Of a stretch of 37,288 bases of DNA, positions 29,365 through 37,288 are shown in pieces. The translations under genes and the position numbers were made by a program. Source of the stretch: Gemmatimonadales bacterium (GTDB taxonomy: Bacteria; Gemmatimonadota; Gemmatimonadetes; Gemmatimonadales; GWC2-71-9); NCBI GenBank assembly GCA_041615815.1, contig JBFJCP010000036.1, positions 1-37,288 on the forward strand. The letters run 5' to 3'. How positions within the stretch are numbered: position 1 is the first letter of the stretch; each line of letters starts with the position of its first letter. The notes under the pieces are model-generated. The model made no database searches and was not told the DNA's origin. It was given only the letters and a program-made list of their open reading frames with translations.

Positions 29365-29934
29365 GTTGGGGGCTAGGGGTGGGGTGAGGGGCTAGTCGTT
29401 GTTTGAGGTGCCTGGGTTTTGCCTGCGCCCCTCTTGGCTTCTTGACGGGCGAGACTCTTCTTGAGGCCCGTCAACATTTTGTCGACCCTCGTCGGCCATC
29501 GCGAACTTGGCGTCGACCTTGGCTTCGGCAACGTACGCGAGGCGATGTGTCATCTCGAAGCATGTCTGAAGCTCGGCGAGCGCACTAGCAAGTGAAAGGT
29601 GCCGCAGGTACTCGCGGCGGTAGTCACGTCCATGACCTTCAGCAATATTTGCTGTGATGGATACAGCGGCGCTCCGCATCCGAGAGATGAGACCGTAGCG
29701 TTCGTGGTCTGGAAGGATGACGGCGAGCCGATAGCTTGCCGACACGAGGTCCATTCCCTTCTGCCAAACCTCGAGATCCCGATAGCTACGCACGACCGTC
29801 TGACCCACGATGCGTCTCCTCTCGTGATACAGCTAGGATGCGATATCCTGTCGGATTCGGTGGTGCGGAAACCCGTGAGTGGCATCGAAACCATGCATAT
29901 CCTCTCCCGTAAACCCCAACCCCTAGCCCCTAAC
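29365..29934. other. Inverted-heptamer-bracketed intervening segment carrying a four-helix-bundle gene
   Basis: 29365-29385 GTTGGGGGCTAGGGGTGGGGT pairs with 29913-29934 ACCCCAACCCCTAGCCCCTAAC: 21 bp with one G-U pair and one bulge. Confidence 0.75.
29373..29808 (-). pseudogene. Four helix bundle protein (23S rRNA IVP / TIGR02436 family), frameshifted near the C-terminus
   Basis: SYRDLEVWQKGMDL...P.HERYGL.S.MR.AAVSI.ANIAEG signature; AGGAG RBS. Removing one G at 29486-29488 restores ADEVDKMLTGLKKSL with a stop at 29373. Confidence 0.8.
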
Positions 29935-29939
29935 CCCTG

Positions 29940-31289
29940 ATGCCCCGCATCCTCATTGCCGACGACCAACCCGACGTCCTCGAGGCACTCCGCATGCTGC
30001 TCAAGGGCGAAGGGCTCGACGTCGAGACGGCAACATCCCCGGCGGGGGTGCTGGCGGCGGTCCGGGATCACCAGTTCGACGCCCTGCTGATGGACCTCAA
30101 CTACACCAGGGACACGACATCGGGTCGGGAGGGGCTCGAGCTCCTGCCCCACATCCGGGTTCTGGACGAGCATGTGCCCGTCATCGTGATGACCGCATGG
30201 GGGAGTATCGAGGGCGCGGTGGAGGCGATGCGGCAGGGAGCGCGTGACTACATCGAGAAACCGTGGGACAATCAGCGACTGCTCGCCACGCTCCGCACGC
30301 AGATCGAGTTGGGGCAGGCACTGCGCAAGAGCCGACGGCTGGAGGACGAGAATCGGATGCTTCGGCGCGAGGGAACGCCGACGTTCATCGCCGAGTCGCC
30401 GGCTATGGAGCCCGTACTGAAGCTCATGGAGCGCATCGCGCCGTCAGACGCCAACATCATGATCACGGGCGAGCATGGGACGGGGAAAGAAGTGGTGGCG
30501 CGGTGGATTCACGCCGCCTCGGAGCGGGCCAGCCGACCGTTCGTCACGGTCAACATCGGTGGGCTCGCCGAGAACGTGTTCGAGAGCGAGCTCTTTGGAC
30601 ACGTCAAAGGTGCCTTCACCGACGCAAAGTCCGACCGCGTGGGCCGGTTCGAGTTGGCGGATCAGGGTACCCTGTTTCTCGACGAGATCGCCAACCTCCC
30701 ATCCCTGCTCCAGCCCAAACTGCTCCGTGTTCTCCAAACCGGGGAGTTCGAGCGCGTGGGCTCTTCGCGAAGCCAGAAGGTGTCCGTGCGTGTGCTGTCC
30801 GCCACGAACGCCGACGTCCGGACCGAAATCGAAAGCGGGCGGTTTCGCGAAGACTTGTTGTTCCGGTTGAACACGGTGGAGATCCGATTGCCTCCGCTGC
30901 GCGAGCGACGGGAAGATATCCCGCTGATGGCCGCGCATTTTCTCGAGGTGTACCGCCGCCGCTACCGCAAGCAGCTTGGCGGTTTTACACCGGATGCCAT
31001 GCAGGCCATGCTGGGCCACGGCTGGCCTGGCAACGTGCGGGAGCTCGATCACGCCGTGGAGCGTGCGGTGCTCCTCGCCGAGGGGGATCACCTCCGCGCC
31101 ACCGATCTGGTATTGGGGAGCGTCGGCGAGGGTGCACCTGCCCTCGAGGACATGACGCTGGATGACGTAGAGCGCCACCTCATTCAACGCGCGCTGAGCC
31201 GTTCCGACGGGAACGTCAGCGATGCCGCCAAGACGCTGGGTCTCAGCCGCAGCGCCCTCTACCGCCGCCTCCAACGCTTTGGCCTATGA
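29940..31289 (+). CDS. Sigma-54-dependent response regulator (NtrC family: REC-AAA+-Fis HTH)
   Basis: REC domain (IADD, LMDLN, TAWG, KP); GEHGTGKE; ESELFGHVKGAFTDA; LFLDEI; FREDLLFRLN; WPGNVREL; C-terminal HTH. Confidence 0.95.
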   Translation: MPRILIADDQPDVLEALRMLLKGEGLDVETATSPAGVLAAVRDHQFDALLMDLNYTRDTTSGREGLELLPHIRVLDEHVPVIVMTAWGSIEGAVEAMRQGARDYIEKPWDNQRLLATLRTQIELGQALRKSRRLEDENRMLRREGTPTFIAESPAMEPVLKLMERIAPSDANIMITGEHGTGKEVVARWIHAASERASRPFVTVNIGGLAENVFESELFGHVKGAFTDAKSDRVGRFELADQGTLFLDEIANLPSLLQPKLLRVLQTGEFERVGSSRSQKVSVRVLSATNADVRTEIESGRFREDLLFRLNTVEIRLPPLRERREDIPLMAAHFLEVYRRRYRKQLGGFTPDAMQAMLGHGWPGNVRELDHAVERAVLLAEGDHLRATDLVLGSVGEGAPALEDMTLDDVERHLIQRALSRSDGNVSDAAKTLGLSRSALYRRLQRFGL

Positions 31290-32602
31290 AGCGCGAGCTG
31301 AGCCACGACCGCCGCGTCCTGTTCATGACCCTCGCGGCGGGGTTCCCCGCCGTGCTCGTGGCGATGCTCTTGCTGTGGTTCGGTGACTTCACGCCAAAAG
31401 TGCAATGGACGCTCACGATCGTGGTATTGGCGTTTTGGCTCGGGTTCGCCTTTGCAGTCCGTGAGCGCGTCATGCGTCCCCTCCAGACGCTCGGGAATCT
31501 CCTCGCCGCGCTGTCCGAAGGCGATTTTTCCGTACGCGGGCGAGCGCCGCGGGGCGACGAGGCGTTGGGGCTGGCGGTGCACGAGGTGAATCAGCTCAGC
31601 CGGACGCTGCGCGAGCAGCGCCTGGGCGCCGTCGAGGCCACCCAGCTCCTCCGGCAGGTGATGGCCGAGATCGATGTGGCGGTGTTTGCGTTCGACGACG
31701 ATGGGCGCCTCCGGCTCGTGAACCGCGCCGGCGAGCGGTTGCTTGCCCGGCCGGCGCAGCAGCTCTTGGGGTTGCGTGCCAGTACGGTTGGCTTGAGCGA
31801 TTGCCTGGAGGGGACGGCCCCGCGCGTGATCGACGTGGCGTTTCCCGGTGGTGCCGGCCGGTGGGATCTGCGCCGGGGTTCGTTTCGCCAAGGAGGGTTG
31901 CCCCACCACCTCTTGGTGCTCTCCGATCTCAGCCGCGCGCTGCGGGAGGAGGAGCTTCAGGCGTGGAAACGTCTGGTGCGGGTTCTGAGCCATGAAATCA
32001 ACAACTCGTTGGCACCCATCAAATCCATGGCCGGGAGCCTCAAAGACATGCTCGGCCGAACGCCGGATCCAGTGTCGCAGACCGCGGACCTCACCCGCGG
32101 TCTCGATGTCATCGCGGGGCGCTCGGAGGCGCTGATTCGGTTCATGCAGTCCTACGCCAGGCTCGCCCGCCTGCCACCACCCCATCTGGAGCCCCTCGAG
32201 GTTGGCGCATGGGTGCGGCGAATCGCCGGGTTGGAGACCCGACTACCCGTCAGGGTCATGGAAGGCCCCGGGGTCTCCATCGCCGCCGACGGCGATCAAC
32301 TGGACCAACTGCTGATCAACTTGATCAATAACGCGGTGGATGCATCACTGGAAACGGGGGGGAGCGTGCGAGTGGGCTGGGAACGTCGCAACGGAGAACT
32401 CGAGATCTGGGTTGAGGACGACGGGCCGGGGCTCGCCGATACGGGGAACCTCTTCGTTCCCTTCTTCACCACCAAACCGAGCGGTTCCGGCATTGGCCTG
32501 GTCCTGTGCCGGCAGATTGCCGAGGCACATGGCGGGACCCTCAGCCTCCGCAACCGGGACGGGACACGCGGATGCATGGCCAAGTTGCGGTTGCCGTTGT
32601 GA
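31286..32602 (+). CDS. Sensor histidine kinase with two TM helices and a very short external loop
   Basis: ATGA overlap; H box LSHEINNSL, N box NLINNAVDA, EDDGPG, FVPFFTTK and GSGIGL. Confidence 0.93.
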   Translation: MKRELSHDRRVLFMTLAAGFPAVLVAMLLLWFGDFTPKVQWTLTIVVLAFWLGFAFAVRERVMRPLQTLGNLLAALSEGDFSVRGRAPRGDEALGLAVHEVNQLSRTLREQRLGAVEATQLLRQVMAEIDVAVFAFDDDGRLRLVNRAGERLLARPAQQLLGLRASTVGLSDCLEGTAPRVIDVAFPGGAGRWDLRRGSFRQGGLPHHLLVLSDLSRALREEELQAWKRLVRVLSHEINNSLAPIKSMAGSLKDMLGRTPDPVSQTADLTRGLDVIAGRSEALIRFMQSYARLARLPPPHLEPLEVGAWVRRIAGLETRLPVRVMEGPGVSIAADGDQLDQLLINLINNAVDASLETGGSVRVGWERRNGELEIWVEDDGPGLADTGNLFVPFFTTKPSGSGIGLVLCRQIAEAHGGTLSLRNRDGTRGCMAKLRLPL

Positions 32603-32769
32603 TGAGGGCGGAATAGGGGCGAGGGCGGCAGGGGCGGCTCTGCCCGTTCCACTGCTGGAGCCTTTTGCTGCCGTCGCTGCTGCCCATTCCACCCATCCCG
32701 CCCCAATTCTCCTGAAACCATCTCCCCCCCACACCCGTACGATCCCCCAACATCGCCAGGTGATCACCC

Positions 32770-35187
32770 ATGCCCTCCTTTATCCAAAATCTGCGCGTCG
32801 GCACTCGGCTCATGCTCAAGAACCCGGGGGTGACGGCCATCGCGGTCCTCGCCCTCGCCCTGGGCATCGGCCTCACCACGGCCACCTTCAGCATCGTCTA
32901 TGGGGCGCTCTTCCGGGGCCTGCCGTTCGAGGATTCGCATCGGATCATGCACCTCGAGCGCAACAACCTGTCTCAGGACATCGAGAGCATGGAGGTGACG
33001 CTCCACGATTTCCTCGATTGGCGGGAGCAACAGACGTCATTTCACGGTCTCGCAGGCTTCTACGAGGGGACGGTCAACGTCAGCGGTGCCGAGAAGCCGG
33101 ACCGCTTCGACGGGGCGTTCATCTCGGCGAATGCCTTCGATATCCTGCGCGAGCGGGCCATCCTGGGCCGCACCTTCCAAGCCGGCGAGGACGAGCCTGC
33201 CGCCCCACCGGTCATCCTGCTCGGATATCGGGTGTGGCAGGACCGGTTCGACGGCGATCCGGACGTGGTCGGCACCACGGTGCGGGCCAATGGGGAAGAA
33301 ATGACCATCGTGGGCGTCATGGCGGAGGGGTTCGAGTTCCCCATCAATCAGGATCTTTGGCTGCCGCTTCGGATGGACCCCCTCCGCATCGAGCGGGGAG
33401 AAGGAATCAGCTTGGAGGTGTTCGGGCGACTCAAAGATGGCGTGTCGCTGGATCAGGCTCGGGCGGAGATGGCCGCGATTGCCCGTCGAATCGAGATGGA
33501 GTACCCGGAGACGAACGAGGGTGTGAGCACGGTCATCAAGCCGTACACCGAGGAGTACATTGGTGAGGAGCCGCAGACGCTACTGACGACGATGTTCGTC
33601 GCCGTATTCCTCGTGTTGCTCATCGCCTGTGCGAACGTGGCCAACCTGCTCCTCGCCCGCGCCGCCGCGAGGACGAAGGAGGTGGCCATCCGATCGGCCC
33701 TCGGCGCCAGCCGCACACAGGTCATCCTCCAGATGTTTGCGGAAGCACTGGTCTTGTCCAGCGTGGGAGCGGTGATCGGACTGGGCCTGGGCTGGCTGGG
33801 CGTGCGCGCCTTCAACGCGGCGATCGTGAGCACGCAGCCACCGTTCTGGATCGACATCAAGATCGATCCCGTGGCGATCGCGTTCGTGATCGGTCTGGCC
33901 GTGATCTCAGCGGTGATCGCGGGCATCATCCCCGCGCTTCAGGCAACGGGCACGAAAGTGCACGAGGTGCTCAAGGACGAGTCTCGCGGCGCATCGAGCA
34001 TGCGACTCGGCAAGCTCAGCCGCACGCTCGTGGTCGCGGAGATCGCGCTCTCGGTGGGATTGTTGGTGGCCGCGGGGCTCATGGTGAAGAGCGTCATGAA
34101 CCTGCGGACGATCGACTTCGGTTTCGCCACCAGGGACGTCTTCACGGCAAGGGTGGGACTGTTCGAGACCGACTACCCGGACGACGCCAGCCGGATTCGC
34201 TTTGCCGAGGAGCTCGTACGCCGTCTCGAAGTCATCCCGGGTGCAGAGGGCGTTGCCCTCACGTCGGTGTTGCCGGGCTTGGGGTCAGGCCGGAATCGGT
34301 TTGCCGTCGAGGGCGAAGCCTACGCCACAGACACGGATTACCCGCTGGCACGCATTCTCACGGCGTCGCCCAATCTCTTCTCGACGTTCGACGTGAGTCT
34401 GCTCGAGGGACGGGATTTTCGGTGGGCGGACACCGAAGAGTCGATGCAGGTGGCGATCGTGAACCGGCCGTTTGTCGAAAAGTTCTTCCCGGGAGAGAGT
34501 CCGCTGGGACGCCGGATCCGCCTGGGAGATGCGGACAGCGAAGAACCGTGGCTCACCATCGTCGGGGTGGTCCCCGACATGTACATGGGTGGGGTGGACA
34601 ACGAGGATCCAGAGGGCGTGTACGTTCCCATCACCCAGAGTGCCCTCCGATTCATGAGCATTGCCGTGCGAGCACCAAACAACCCCATGGTGCTGGCGCC
34701 AGTGGTTCGAGAGGAGGTCATGGCGGTCGATCGGGATCTCCCCATCTACTGGGTATGGACCATGGCCGACGCCATCGCGCGAGGGACATGGTTCTACCGG
34801 GTGTTCGGCACGATCTTCCTCCTCTTTGGCGTCGTGGCCCTGTTCCTGGCGTCCGTGGGGCTCTACGGCGTGATGGCGTTCTCGGTCAGCCGGCGAACCC
34901 AGGAAGTGGGCGTGCGGATGGCCCTCGGGGCGCAGAGCCGCGACGTCCTCAAGCTGATCTTCCGCCAGGGGATGACGCAGCTCGCGATCGGATTGGTTCT
35001 TGGCCTATTGCTAGCGGCTGCGCTCTCTCGTGGACTCGAGGTGATTCTCTTCCAGGTTCAGCCCTGGGATCCGGTCATCTTCCTGCTGATCATCGGGGTG
35101 CTGGCGTTGACGAGCCTTGCCGCGTGGCTGGTTCCCGCCAGACGGGCGACCCGCGTCGATCCGCTCGTGGCGTTGAAGTACGAGTAG
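32770..35187 (+). CDS. ABC permease 6 (ADOP-like, more divergent)
   Basis: [70 protein letters not shown]. Confidence 0.93.
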   Translation: MPSFIQNLRVGTRLMLKNPGVTAIAVLALALGIGLTTATFSIVYGALFRGLPFEDSHRIMHLERNNLSQDIESMEVTLHDFLDWREQQTSFHGLAGFYEGTVNVSGAEKPDRFDGAFISANAFDILRERAILGRTFQAGEDEPAAPPVILLGYRVWQDRFDGDPDVVGTTVRANGEEMTIVGVMAEGFEFPINQDLWLPLRMDPLRIERGEGISLEVFGRLKDGVSLDQARAEMAAIARRIEMEYPETNEGVSTVIKPYTEEYIGEEPQTLLTTMFVAVFLVLLIACANVANLLLARAAARTKEVAIRSALGASRTQVILQMFAEALVLSSVGAVIGLGLGWLGVRAFNAAIVSTQPPFWIDIKIDPVAIAFVIGLAVISAVIAGIIPALQATGTKVHEVLKDESRGASSMRLGKLSRTLVVAEIALSVGLLVAAGLMVKSVMNLRTIDFGFATRDVFTARVGLFETDYPDDASRIRFAEELVRRLEVIPGAEGVALTSVLPGLGSGRNRFAVEGEAYATDTDYPLARILTASPNLFSTFDVSLLEGRDFRWADTEESMQVAIVNRPFVEKFFPGESPLGRRIRLGDADSEEPWLTIVGVVPDMYMGGVDNEDPEGVYVPITQSALRFMSIAVRAPNNPMVLAPVVREEVMAVDRDLPIYWVWTMADAIARGTWFYRVFGTIFLLFGVVALFLASVGLYGVMAFSVSRRTQEVGVRMALGAQSRDVLKLIFRQGMTQLAIGLVLGLLLAAALSRGLEVILFQVQPWDPVIFLLIIGVLALTSLAAWLVPARRATRVDPLVALKYE

Positions 35188-35218
35188 GGTTTAGGGGCAA
35201 GGGGGTAAGGGATAGAGC
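35185..35218 (+). repeat. Family A G-arm after the permease 6 stop
   Basis: tagggtt taggggc aaggggg taaggga tagagc. Confidence 0.7.
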
Positions 35219-35491
35219 AATCGGCGTCGGGGAGAGGCGATAGGGTCCGTCACCTTCCACCGGTGTTGTTGCTCATCGTCTCCTCGGCGCCACCCTCACC
35301 ATCGGTTCCGCCAGGAGCTCCGCCTGGTGCGTGTGTCGGGTGGGAACACGGACCCCGTCTATCGCGGGGGCCGGTGGGGTGAGCATCAGGACCTACCATG
35401 CGATCCGGCGGTGGCTATCTTTGGCCGAGCCGACCGCCGTGGCGCGCGACCTGCAACGCGCTATCCGCCAGAACCCCAATGCAGGAGCCGT

Positions 35492-36493
35492 ATGGCCAGC
35501 CTCTTGATCGAAAACGTTCGCGGGAACGTGGTCGAATCGCGTCACCAGGTCTCCCTGGCCGTCGTGGACCACACGGGGAGTCTCGTCGCGACGAGTGGCG
35601 ATCCAGGGCTCATCACCTTCATGCGCTCCGCGGCCAAACCGTTCCAATCGCTCCCGCTCGTCATCGACGGCGTCGTCGAGCGGTTCGGGATCACGACTCA
35701 GGAGATTGCCCTCTCCTGTGCATCGCATAATTCGGAGGAGCGGCAGGTGGGCTTGGTCAGGGCCTGGCTCCAGCGGATCGGGTGTTCCGAATCAGACCTT
35801 GCCTGCGGCCCCCATCCCGCACTGATCCGTGATTATGCGATTCCGGGCGCAGCGGATGTGGCAGGCGTGGAGATCGCCCAGCCCTCGAGTATTGCGTCTA
35901 ACTGTTCCGGCAAACATGCGGGGATGTTGGCGCTGGCCAAGCACCATGGATGGCCAACCGCAGGATACCATCGGGCCGATCACCCGGTGCAAGAGCGCAT
36001 CCGGCGGGAGTTGGCCGAATGGTGTGGGATCGCGCTCGGCGGGATCGCGGAGGGCACCGATGGATGTGGCGTGGTGTCGTTCGCCATTCCTTTGGAGAGC
36101 ATGGCGCGCGGCATGGCCCGGCTGGTGGCCGCCCGGAGCGGACCCGGGAGCGTGATTGTCAACGCGATGATGACGTATCCCGACCTGGTGGCGGGGCACG
36201 GCAGGCTCTGTACCGCCTTGATGCAAGGCTACGCGGATCGGCTCGTGACCAAGGTCGGTGCCGAAGGCGTCTATGTGGCCGGGCTCCTCGACCGGCGGCT
36301 TGGCGTGGCGCTCAAGGTGGAAGACGGCCATCCCAAGGCGGCCATGGTGGCCGTGATGGCGGTGCTGCAGCAGCTTGGACTGACGCCGCCTCCCTATGAG
36401 TGCCTCCCCGCGGCCGCGTCCCTCCCGATCCCGAACACGCGCGGCGAAATGGTTGGCGTCATTCGCGCCGCTGGCCAGTTGGCATTCATTTGA
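35492..36493 (+). CDS. L-asparaginase II (rhizobial AnsA-type)
   Basis: RG.VVESRH, RSAAKPFQ, CASHNSE, NCSGKHAGML, DGCG and KVGAEGV; AGGAG RBS before ATG 35492. Confidence 0.9.
   Translation: MASLLIENVRGNVVESRHQVSLAVVDHTGSLVATSGDPGLITFMRSAAKPFQSLPLVIDGVVERFGITTQEIALSCASHNSEERQVGLVRAWLQRIGCSESDLACGPHPALIRDYAIPGAADVAGVEIAQPSSIASNCSGKHAGMLALAKHHGWPTAGYHRADHPVQERIRRELAEWCGIALGGIAEGTDGCGVVSFAIPLESMARGMARLVAARSGPGSVIVNAMMTYPDLVAGHGRLCTALMQGYADRLVTKVGAEGVYVAGLLDRRLGVALKVEDGHPKAAMVAVMAVLQQLGLTPPPYECLPAAASLPIPNTRGEMVGVIRAAGQLAFI

Positions 36494-37288
<795 letters not shown>

Noticed and set aside
29373..29808. Four-helix-bundle gene as the Avd of a diversity-generating retroelement
   Set aside because: There is no reverse transcriptase in the window, and differences between the two junction repeats are not adenine-specific as in TR/VR pairs.
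29880..29896. TGGCATCGAAACCATGC (and TGGCAGACAGACGGTTTGC at 19861) as sigma-54 promoters
   Set aside because: The GG-to-GC spacing is wrong and there is no enhancer module at the expected distance.
35250..35399. Small minus-strand ORF (49 aa) between permease 6 and the asparaginase
   Set aside because: Low-complexity Gly/Pro sequence with no clear RBS or recognisable motif.

Overview
A GC-rich bacterial chromosomal segment; gene content and style suggest Gemmatimonadota or an Acidobacteria-like lineage (inference only). Left to right it contains: an alpha/beta hydrolase, a Zn-ribbon/SH3 membrane protein and a SAM methyltransferase; a cluster of a His-rich membrane protein, a Met/Gln-rich periplasmic protein, an outer-membrane barrel and a Cyc2-like monoheme cytochrome-porin fusion, with two matching OmpR-type promoters; a heme-less Sdh1/type-F-like succinate dehydrogenase operon; a ~25 kb MacAB/TolC-type export locus; then asparaginase II and the 5' part of obgE. 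The export locus has one adaptor, two ATPases, six paralogous ~800-aa duplicated (ADOP-like) permeases, a TolC, and an NtrC-family/intramembrane-sensing two-component system. The non-coding DNA is unusually structured. (1) Four sigma-54 promoter modules share an enhancer motif, an IHF-like box and near-identical spacing. (2) Telomere-like heptamer tracts are G-rich after stop codons and C-rich before SD-less start codons; one pair forms a 21-bp long-range stem enclosing a frameshifted four-helix-bundle (IVS-type) gene. (3) Two permease junctions are a near-identical ~225-bp repeat. (4) A scar resembling the 3' end of a deleted seventh permease sits at the head of the array.
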